Below, in pieces: positions 13,501-25,314 of a stretch of 64,000 nt of DNA. The notes under the pieces were generated by a model that was not told where the DNA came from, searched no databases, and saw only the letters and a list, made by a program, of their open reading frames with translations. How positions within the stretch are numbered: the first letter of the stretch is position 1; each line of letters starts with the position of its first letter. Location of the stretch: assembly GCA_051362555.1 (NCBI GenBank), contig CM120646.1:1054001-1118000 (forward strand), in the 5' to 3' direction. Position numbers and translations under genes: made by a program. Origin of the DNA: Lingula anatina. Lineage: Eukaryota > Animalia > Brachiopoda.

Positions 13501-16500
13501 TTTTGGTCAAAATTCTTGAAATAGGAGGTGCTCTGAAGTTTCAGAAGTTCAAGTTTGATGAAATAATGTCATTTTTGAACACAAGTTGTCTGCTTTGCCA
13601 AGCCTAATGTTTTATTTTTCCAGAGTTCAAAATTTATTATCCATTACCGTACTGCACATTTTGCTTTTACCACCAATATGTCCTTTTTGATACAGCGTAA
13701 CTCGAAAACCGTATGGAATACAAAAAAACCGAGACCACCTCCAGTATTGGGCTTTACATGCAAAGTTCAGTTCATGGTGAAAAGTAGGTCAAAGGTCAAT
13801 TTTAAGGTCACATTTATATTGCCAGTATATGACTTCCTATTCAAGTTCAATAGTAACTATGGACCTATCTCTGCCAGTTTCGGAGATAAAAGGGAAGCAA
13901 AATTTGCAAAGTTCAGTTCATGGTGAAAAGTAGGTCAAAGGTCAATTTTAAGGTCACATTTAGATTGCCAGTATATGACTTCCTATTCAAGTTCAATAGT
14001 AACTATGGACCTATCTCTGCCAGTTTTGGAGATAAAACGGAAGCAAAATTTGCAAAGTTCAGTTCATGGTGAAAAGTAGGTCAAAGGTCAATTTTATGGT
14101 CACATTTAGATTGCCAGTATATGACTTCCTATTCAAGTTCAATAGTAACTACGGACCTATCTCAGCCAGTTTTGGAGATAAAAGGAAAGCAAAATTTGCA
14201 AAGTTCAGTTCATGGTGAAAAGTAGGTCAAAGGTCAATTTTAAGGTCACATTTAGATTGCCAGTATATGACTTCCTATTCAAATTCAATAGTAACTATGG
14301 ACCTATCTCTGACAGTTTTGGAGATAAAAGGGAAGAAAAATTTGCAAAGTTCAGTTCATGGTGAAAAGTAGGTCAAAGGTCAATTTTAAGGTCACATATA
14401 GATTGCCAGTATATGACTTCCTATTCAAGTTCAATAGTAACTATGGACCTATCTCTGCCAGTTTTGGAGATAAAAGGGAAGAAAAATTTGCAAAGTTCAG
14501 TTCATGGTGAAAAGTAGGTCAAAGGTCAATTTTAAGGTCACATATAGATTGCCAGTATATGACTTCCTATTCAACTTCAATAGTAACTATAGACCTATCT
14601 CTGCCAGATTTGGAGATATAAGGGACTAAATGTTATAATTTTGGAGTTACCATAATGTGCCTTAAATTTCGTACAGAAAAAATTAATCAAAATAAAGAAA
14701 ATGTCATTTTGGTCAAAATTCTTGAAATAGGAGGTGCTCTGAAGTTTCAGAAGTTCAAGTTTGATGAAATAATGTCATTTTTGAACACAAGTTGTCTGCT
14801 TTGCCAAGCCTAATGTTTTATTTTTCCAGAGTTCAAAATTTATTATCCATTACCGTACTGCACATTTTGCTTTTACCACCAATATGTACTTTTTGATACA
14901 GCGTAACTCGAAAACCGTATGGAATACAAAAAAACCGAGACCACCTCCAGTATTGGGCTTTACATGCAAAGTTCAGTTCATGGTGAAAAGTAGGTCAAAG
15001 GTCAATTTTAAGGTCACATTTATATTGCCAGTATATGACTTCCTATTCAAGTTCAATAGTAACTATGGACCTATCTCTGCCAGTTTTGGAGATAAAAGGG
15101 AAGCAAAATTTGCAAAGTTCAGTTCATGGTGAAAAGTAAGTCAAAGGTCAATTTTAAGGTCACATTTAGATTGCCAGTATATGACTTCCTATTCAAGTTC
15201 AATAGTAACTATGGACCTATCTCAGCCAGTTTTGGAGATAAAACGGAAGCAAAATTTGCAAAGTTCAGTTCATGGTGAAAAGTAGGTCAAAGGTCAATTT
15301 TATGGTCACATTTAGATTGCCAGTATATGACTTCCTATTCAAGTTCAATAGTAACTACGGACCTATCTCAGCCAGTTTTGGAGATAAAAGGAAAGCAAAA
15401 TTTGCAAAGTTCAGTTCATGGTGAAAAGTAGGTCAAAGGTCAATTTTAAGGTCACATTTAGATTGCCAGTATATGACTTCCTATTCAAGTTCAATAGTAA
15501 CTATGGACCTATCTCTGACAGTTTTGGAGATAAAAGGGAAGCAAAATTTGCAAAGTTCAGTTCATGGTGAAAAGTAGGTCAAAGGTCAATTTTAAGGTCA
15601 CATTTAGATTGCCAGTATATGACTTCCTATTCAAGTTCAATAGTAACTATGGACCTATCTCTGCCAGTTTTGGAGATAAAAGGGAAGAAAAATTTGCAAA
15701 GTTCAGTTCATGGTGAAAAGTAGGTCAAAGGTCAATTTTAAGGTCACATATAGATTGCCAGTATATGACTTCCTATTCAAGTTCAATAGTAACTATGGAC
15801 GTATCTCTTCCAGTTTTGGAGATAAAAGGGAAGAAAAATTTGCAAAGTTCAGTTCATGGTGAAAAGTAGGTCAAAGGTCAATTTTAAGGTCACATATAGA
15901 TTGCCAGTATATGACTTCCTATTCAAGTTCAATAGTAACTACGGACCTATCTCAGCCAGTTTTGGAGATATAAGGGACTAAATGTTATAATTTTGGAGTT
16001 ACCATAATGTGCCTTAAATTTCGTACAGAAAAAATTAATTAAAATAAAGAAAATGTCATTTTGGTCAAAATTCTTGAAATAGGAGGTGCTCTGAAGTTTC
16101 AGAAGTTCAAATTTGATGAAATAATGTCATTTTTGAACACAAGTTGTCTGCTTTGCCAAGCCTAATGTTTTATTTTTCCAGAGTTCAAAATTTATATAAT
16201 TCATTTTTTTGAAAATTTTGGCCCATTTGACCTTGAAGTAAAGGTCAAAGGTCAAATCCAAGGGTATATTTGAAATCTACACATATGACTTTTGGAAAGC
16301 CGTCTATAGAAATTTTTCCCATAACTCCTTCCGTAGGGTAGATAATTAGCATTTAATTTTGCCATTTTTAGACAAGGGTGCATTGCAATGAGAGCCACAC
16401 CCAGACCCCAATACCGACAAAGCCCAAATTTTACGTGGAACGAGTTGAGATTATAGGTGACCTAAATCCATGAGATGGGTATGGGGGGCCTTACCGTCTA

Positions 16501-19500
16501 GGAGGAGAAGCGGTAACGGTAGCCGTCCGGCAGAGCCGGCGGAACGATCCGGATGAGACCGAAACCATGTGTACCGCCAGCGCTAACGCTGGTGGTACAA
16601 TGAATTAAGTGCTTTGAAAGAACCAATTCAGAATAAAAAAAAAGGATTTAGTTGTCGTTAATACATATGTAGATGATTTCGGAGAATATATAAACTTTGC
16701 AACTAATATGTTAAGTTTTTACTTTGACATAAAACTTTAATTTAAAAAATCAATTTCCATTTCACCTACTTATGGAGTGTTAAAATGTTTTATATCTAAA
16801 ACAAAGAATGTCTAATAATGCAAAAAAAAGAAAAAAATCAAAATGTGTTTCATTAAAAATAAAGAAACAAAATGAAACAAGGCCCTTGTGAGTGTAACTC
16901 CTCTTTTTCTTATATTAAAACAACTCCAAACAAAATAAAAGAAGTGTTTTCAACAAAAAGATCTGAATTAATAATCTTACATTTCACCAGTTCAGATTCT
17001 ACACTTGAGAAAGAGAGAGAAAATGTATAAAAGAATACTTGATTAGTGTGAATGTTTAATATGTCAAAATTAAGATATCACAGAAACACCAAGACCTTTC
17101 AAATCTAAAAAAATATATATATTTTAGTTGAAACTCAGCATAAATAATAAAGCATGTAGAACATATTACAATCAATCTATCAAATATCATAATGTTCTCT
17201 ATTTAAGCACATAGTACTATGGATGAAAAATGTATACTACATGTATATAATTATATAATTCAGCATGGTTGAAAGAGTTTTAACAGTTGGGCTTTGTAGT
17301 TGTGAAAGACCATTTACTGCACAAAACCAAGTATTTGTATTTTAATTTCTACAATGCCTATAGCATCATGTTTTGATTTTGGTGAACTCCACCTGAGAAA
17401 GCAGACCACAGTTGAAGGCCATTTCAATGTCACTATGAGAAAAGACCTAGACAGAGCTTTGTCAAGGTCACTATAAAAAACAACCTTGAGAGAGCTTCTC
17501 TGTCAAGGTCACTGTGAGAAATAAGAGTCCTTCCACAAGAAACTGCCTTTAACATGTAAAAAGTCACTGTGAAAAATGACCTAGATAGATCTCTGTCAAG
17601 GTCACTGAAAAATGACCTAGATAGAGCTTCTCTGTCAAGGTCTCAACGAAAAATGGGTCATTTTACATGGAACTGTCTCAAGAGAACCCAAGAGTTACAC
17701 TTCTAACAATCTGTGGATTACTTCAGTCAAGTTGAATATGATATTTATGGGTATAACTTCTTTGAAAGAATGATCAGATGGGAAGAAAAAAATGCCAGTG
17801 AACGGACCAACATCATACTCAAATCATTAAGCCTGAATGGTGATTTGCTATAAATGCCTGCTACCAGTATAATGTGAAAAGTATATGTCTCACTTCGATT
17901 TGGTAAAAAGAAAAAGGAACTGTAGAACACGGTGTGCTGCATTGCATTTTTTTTTTTCAAAACTGTTACCCAAAGCTGAACCAATTCATCATTGGTTCTC
18001 TTCTAATTTTGGAATAAAAAGGATTGTACCTTCATTTCAACGCTTTTACCAAATCAAAGAGATAATATCAAGATATCATTAAATGCTCCAGTAAAGAATT
18101 TCTTCAGCTGCGTTATATATTTAGTTACTATAGCAGTTTCTTCAAAACATTTGCCAAGTTCAGAGATACTTAGTCTTGTACTTAGCCGTGTATCATGAAA
18201 ATCTGACTCCCATGAAAATCTGACTCCCCCAGTCAAAATTTCATCATGAAAATCTGACTGCCCCCATGAAATTTTGACTCCCCTTTACAAAACTTTATAA
18301 ATCTTATTTTATTTGAGTACATAACTTTTATCTTGTAGTATGCATAATGGAGGATACATTGACACTTTTTTTTAAATTTTCATGCGAAAATAAGAAAATT
18401 AAAAAAATTTTTTCCACCCAATGACTCCTATGAAAAGGCTATGGGAGTCCAAATCCTACAGGTAACTAGAGGATCAGAGAGGCGATACCGCCTCCGGATA
18501 TTGTACCACCAGCTGGAGTAAGCGCATTCGTATGGACCCCCCCCCCCCTCCTAAAAGGGACACCATCACCAGTCTGGTGTTTGACAAGCTCTATAAGATG
18601 CAATCAACAAGAGTTCTCAAAATATGCAAAAAAATATGACTAAAAATGATACAATCAAGCAGATTTTTGAATTGACTTGCATTTTCATACCCTTGATCAC
18701 TCCTGTATTCTCTAGACAAAAGGCCTATTGGTTTTCCTTGAAATACGTTGTCAATGGTGCATATATGCTGACAAAAGATAAAACCTAGGGGAAACAATGG
18801 GGACATCTCTGCTTGATTTAAAGATATGAGAGGCAAGAAAATACGCAAAGCTCAGTTCATGGTGAAAAAGTAGGTCAAAGGTCAATTTCAATATCATAGT
18901 ATATGAATTTCTATTCAAGTTCAATAGCAACCATGGGCATTTCTTTGCCAATTTTGCAGATTTAAAGGCCAGAAAACATGCAAAAAGCAGTTCATCATAA
19001 AAAGTAGGTCAAAGGTCAATTTCAAGGTCACAGATTGCTAGTGTACTTCCTATTCAAGTTCAATAGTAACTATGGACCTATCTCTGTCAGTTTTGAAGAT
19101 AAAGGTGAACGAAAATTTGCTAAGTTCAGTTCATAGTAAAAAGACGGTCAAAGGTCAATTTTAAGGTCACAGTAAATTGCCAGTATATGACTTCCTATTT
19201 AAGTTCAATAGTAACTATGGACCTATCTCTGCCAGTTTTGGAGATAAAAGGGAAAGAAAATCTGCAAAGTTCAATTCATGATGAAAAGTAGGTCAAAGGT
19301 CAATTTCAAGATCCCACTTAGATTGCCAGTATATGACTTCCTATTCAAGTTCAATGGTAACTATGGACCTATCTCTGCCAGTTTTGGAGATAAAAGGGAA
19401 CAAATATTTTCAAAGTTCAGTTCATGGTGAAAAGTAGGTTAAAGGTCAATTTTAAGGTCAAAATAAATTGCCTCTAATGACTTTCTATTCAAATTCAATA

Positions 19501-22500
19501 GTAACTATGGGCGTATCTTTGCCAGTTTTGGAGATAAAAGGGAACAAAAATTTGCAAAGTTCAGTTCATGGTAAAAAGTAGGTCAAAGGTCAAATTTAAG
19601 GTCATAGTAAATTGTCAGTATATGACTTCCTATTCAAGTTCAATAGTGACTATGAACCTATCTCTGTCAGTTTTGGGGATTAAAGGGAACGAAAATTGGC
19701 AAAGTTCAATTCATGGTGAAAAGTAGGTCAAAGGTCAATTTTAAGGTCACTGTTAAATTGCCAGTATGTGACTTCCTATTCAAGTTCAATAGTAACTATT
19801 GACCTATCTCTGCCAGTTTTGGAGATAAAAGGGAACAATAATTTGCAAAGTTCAGTTCATGGTGAAAAGTAGGTCAAAGGTCAATTTCAAGCTCACATCC
19901 AGATTGCAAGTAAATGACTTCCTATTCAACTTAAATAATAACTATTGACCTATCTCGGCCAGTTTTGGAGATATAAGGGACTAAATGTTACAATTCTGAG
20001 TTACAATAATGTGCCACCACAAAGTACTTTTTAATACAGCATAACACGAAAACCGTTTGGAATACAAAAAAACGGAGACCACCTCCAGTGTTGGGCTTTA
20101 CATGCTCTACAAAATGCAAAAAAGAATGGGTCTCTAGCATTAACGGTTCCCGAATTAGAGACAGTTTTCAGTTTTGGCATCTTATGGCCGCTACTCCCAA
20201 GAAAATGCACCGATTGACCCCAAATTCATGGAGATGAAAGATGACCTGAAGGGTAACACTTTCCAATAATATTATTGGTTAAGTCTGTGTGGTGTCTGAA
20301 TAACAGGGCAAATAATTTTTTTTTTTCTTAAAAAATTTCATTTTTTTAAAAATTTTGGCCCGTTTGACCTTGAAATAAAGGTCAAAGGTCAAATCCAAGG
20401 GCATATTTGAAATCTACACATATGACTTTTGGAAAGCTGTCTGTAGAAAATTTTCCCATAATTCCTTCCGTAGGGTAGATAATTGGCATTGAATTTTCAA
20501 AAATTTTGACAAGGGTGCATTTCAAGGAGCGTCACGCCCAGGTCAATGCACCGACTGAGACAAAAAAACCTGGGGGTTCAAGTTGAGGTTATATGTGACC
20601 TAAATCCAAGAGATGGGGACAGGGGTCCTTGCGGTCTAGGAGGAGAAGCGGTAACGGTGACTTGTATCCGGCGCCAGTACGCGGAGCCGGCGGAGCTTAC
20701 GGAGCCGGACGAGACGGGTCGGGACTAAAACCATGAGTACCGCCAGCGTACACGCTGGTGGTACTAAGGAGCCGGCGGAGCCGGCGGAGCCGGCGGAGCC
20801 GGACGAGACGGGTCGGGACTAAAACCATGAGTACCGCCAGCGTACACGCTGGTGGTACTAATAAGATGAATACTTGTTTCAAAAATTATCAATTTTCACC
20901 AAAATTTTCATCATCAAACTTTCAAATACTAACAAAATATATACACTCCCAAAACTTCAATATAACAATAAATTATAAGGTGGACAGGACGTACAGTACA
21001 TTGTAAGAGAGGAAGGGGTTTTAACCATAGAAATAACTGGGGAGAGGGACAACTCTTAGCTCCCCTGTTTCCTGGGATTATGCTTAATGCATTTTAACAT
21101 TTGATACCTCAATTTTTTAGCTCCAGCCCTTCACAGATACAAAAAAAAAAAAACTTGGAAAGCAAGTATCTCTGGTCTCAGCTTGGTCTGAAGAAATTAA
21201 TATAGTAACTTAGCAATATGTGTCTGCCTTAAATAAAAAATAAAAGTAAGCAAAAGGAAAGGTTTGCTATAAAACAATAAAGGTTGAAATACCAGCCCCC
21301 TAGCCCATGTGAGGACCTTACCTTTTCATGAAGGTCTGTAAAGGGTAGCAAATGCAATAGTTCAAAAAAATTGGCGATTATAGTGTCACTGTTTTTCCTA
21401 CCACCCTGTGGGTTTGGGTCTACCCCACATCTTCTAGATGGTATGTTATACATAACAAACAGGGTGATATTCAGGGTTGTGCTGGGGTGCTAACAATTAA
21501 TACAATACAAACACTGGCAAAATATTCAAGAGTTTTTCATCAAAATCTAGCAAGTGACTGAATGGAATGTTGGATAATTAAATATAAATCACACAGTTGA
21601 AGTAAATGTAGATGTTGTTCTTGAACTTTCATATTTTTTAAGTGAATCTAATAATGTTTACAAAACGGCCTTATTTCTGATTTCACTTCAGAAGAACACT
21701 GATGGTGTTAACTTGGATGACCAAGTATTTGCTAATGCTATACAAATCTACTACAAAAGAATACTTTACTGTCTTATAATTTCTTTAAAAAAAGACGTTT
21801 TTTCTGTATTGAGTTTTAACTTCTTAAAAAAAGCAACGGGAAAGAACAATTCAAATGTAAGAGTCATAAATTTGGAAGAAAAACTCTTGAATAGCTCTTG
21901 CCATAAAGCAAAACAACACTTCACATCAATGATAATTCCATATAAATACTTCATAATCTATATCATAACAACCTTCAAAGCTTGGAGTTGAAGATAAAAT
22001 TAATTCTATGAACTGAAGGGGAGAAAAAAGGTTATCCTGATCTCGGAACCTCTGAGAATCGACCTCTGTTAATTTTTTTCTGGTTTCTGGAATAACCAAG
22101 CTTTGCTTAAAGCTTATGCGGTGCATGCATTTTATTGTTTTAATTCACAGATAAATATATTTATGGCATTTGCAGCACACAGCAAAGTTTAAATAAATTA
22201 ATGTATAGATATTCCCAAATAAGGCAAAACATAGCAATACCCAAATGTAGTGATAAGCAATATTCTTTTAAGCATAATACTAAGCACATCCAATTAGGGC
22301 AATGAAGCACTGCTGCTGTACCCATATTTGGCATATGTTAAATCAGATTTTACCATATATGGTAAATATTACATCTGTTTTGACTTTATATGGTGAATGT
22401 TATTCCTGGGTTGACCATATAAGGTGAATGTTATATTCAGTGAACAAACTCTACAGGGAAAATGTTATACATTCTTACCTTTTCAAGTAAATCTGGATGG

Positions 22501-25229
22501 AATGAAAAAAGGAAAACAAAATATTAGTTGTTAGTATCCTAACAAACTACATTACATTATCTTCCAAATAAATTACCCACTACAACTAATTACATGTAAA
22601 TAACTGATAAACATGTTCAGGGCAGTAAACCATAGGTAAAAAAAAAAGGTTCCAAAACAAAAGTGGTATCAGAACTGCCAAGAACATGATTATCAACATA
22701 AAAAAAATGCTGCAAAATGTTGTAATCCATTTTTTCCAAGTCAACAGATACTAGGCCTGCCATATCCATTCAATTTGTCTGCAAATATTTTTCGATAACA
22801 TGCCGAGTAATGGAAATCAGGAATTTTCTCATTTTCATTAACATTATGGTTTTGTATAAGCAGCAGGGTTATACTGAATCTAGAACTTGTATCAATGTCA
22901 ATAACTTCTCATTTTTATTTATTTATTGATTGATTGATAAATAAATGAATAATTTCATTTTAATGAAGAAAGAAATAATAATAATATACAAGCTTCATTC
23001 TATACAGCAGCCAACACATTTCCTCAATCTCCAAGTGGGAAACACAACGGAACCTATGTTTTTTTTTTTTTTCTTTTTCATTTTTATTTTATTTGTGATA
23101 TCCAGATTAATTATAAACAATTGTTTCTCAAGTTTATATAACAGTGCATGCATAACTCAGAGAGTACATGTTTTATAACAGATTCAGACAGAAAGAAAGA
23201 AAGCCATACCATTACACCATGGCAATATATCATGACCCTAGTAATACTTTTAACGACAGTGACAGCATCTACATTAATACTCTGCATGGTGCGAGAATAA
23301 GCCATTTAAATGTGTAAAATAACCAAAATATATTTGTTAAATAATGGAAAAAGATAAAGAACAAACCAACAGGTTTGCTTGCAGGCAGTAATCTGGAGAA
23401 ACGTAGTTTTGGCCTTTCTAGTTTTTATAGTGCTCAAATAAAATGTGAAGAGTCTATGGCAAACTGGTAAATAAAACTTGGAATAAAATGGCATACAACT
23501 TAAAGAAAAGCAGCAAATAAAAAATTTAAAGATTGATGTCTCAAAAAAATGTAAGTACAAATTAAAACTGCATCTCAAAGTGATAATAATCCATGTACAA
23601 TAAAAACTTAAGTAGAATTAATTGGTGTCTTGTGTAAATGCATATTTAACGGCCATGCGCTGACATGCAAAATGAACTGTGCTCTGTGCAGTGATGTTAG
23701 TAAAACTTTCAAATTCTATAATTCAAATTATAAAACTGAATTTATAATGGTGTCAGGCAAAGTCAATGCACTTTGAGAACAAATCAATAACAAACAAACA
23801 GTTTTGCATACCATGCTTGTGCATCATTGGAATCCAAACTATTACTTAGACTTGTTTCACAGAAAATTGGTCTAAAATTTTAGACTAAAACTTAAGTCAA
23901 CTTTGAACCAAGACAATCAGAAGTTGTCCAATTAAATGAACAGTTGCACCTGCTTTATAATAAGAAAGTCATTAATAATAACTTAGACTGATATTACTGT
24001 ATTTAAATCTTATGGATTTTTCTTAAGGCAATGCTATTTAAAACCAACATTTTGTCTTAAAGTTTAGACCAATTTTCAGGCTAAAGTCCTTTTTTGAAAA
24101 CCAGTTTCATTTCAGGTGACAATCTCAGTCTTCCATGCAAGAGAATATGATCACACAACATCTTTGAAAATGAACTGTATTCCACAGATACTAGAGCTGC
24201 AAATAGTATGTCATAGTACTTACAATTTGTGATCAAGCCTCCAATGGGGTCCCCTTTGTAATCAAATTCTATGTCCATATATTTGCCCTAGGTAATATAA
24301 ATATTAAATGGGATTAGAAATTCTATAAATTCTATTGTTTATCAAATACCATTGTGTTAGAGGAGACAGAAAGACCAAAAGCATAGTGTTGTCTCTCTGG
24401 TGGTGTCTTGGGTGTAAATCTTGTGTAAAATTGTAAAAAAATTATAAGCAATCCTTTACAAGTTTTATTCCTTAATATTTCCTTTCATAATTGGAATCTA
24501 GAACATATCATATCATATTATTAAAAATCAGATTTTTATTATGAAAAATATTTTCTTAATATCTTCTTTTGGTAAATATTCATATGATAGCCATATGAAA
24601 GCTGTACGGTGTAGAGATCCACTTACAAATCTTGAAGAATTGTCATTCTTGTTTGTCTTGGCATTTCCAAATGCTGAAAATAAAAATTTATGTTCAAAGG
24701 TGTGGAAACAGTCTTTAATCAATTTTGAAAACAGCCCATTATTAAACCTAAGAGTTACTTTTAATAATAAAAGTAGTAAAACTATTTCTAAAATACCTTT
24801 GTTCATTGAGTTATAACTCAAATTTCTGTTTATAAAATTATACAGAAAAGTCAGATTTTTCTTTGCTATGAGATGAGATAAATATTCTCATTTTTGTAAA
24901 ACTCAAACAAATTTTGTCCCAACGTATTTACAAATTTTCTGCATTTGATGTAAAATTGGATCACCATATAGGGTGATTACCATTATACTGAATTTCAAGC
25001 CTGCTTGGTAAGTGCGAATTATATTACATATTATAAAACTGCCACTGTGGGAAATGTCACAACCAAGCAATGCAATTCAAGTGTCACAACTAACACAATC
25101 AAACTCTGCCATACCTTCTAAAACGGGGTTTGACTGTAGAAGCTGTTCCTTTACTTTATCTATATCCTGTCCCTTGCCTGACACTGCAGCCACATACTGC
25201 ATAATCACCTTGCTGGCCTCTGAATGTAG

Positions 25230-25314
<85 letters not shown>

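Noticed and set aside
12326-15132. Three near-identical 82-aa ORFs (12326, 13678, 14884)
   Set aside because: They span the spacer/monomer junction of the duplicated block, are antisense to the host gene and show no protein motif
11208-16195. CRISPR-like repeat/spacer array
   Set aside because: Monomers are contiguous 146-bp units and the spacers are near-identical; eukaryotic intron, no cas genes
20546-21006. Protamine-like RSRRSRR and RLRRLRR ORFs
   Set aside because: Translations of the (GGAGCCGGC)n tract in the HINE terminus
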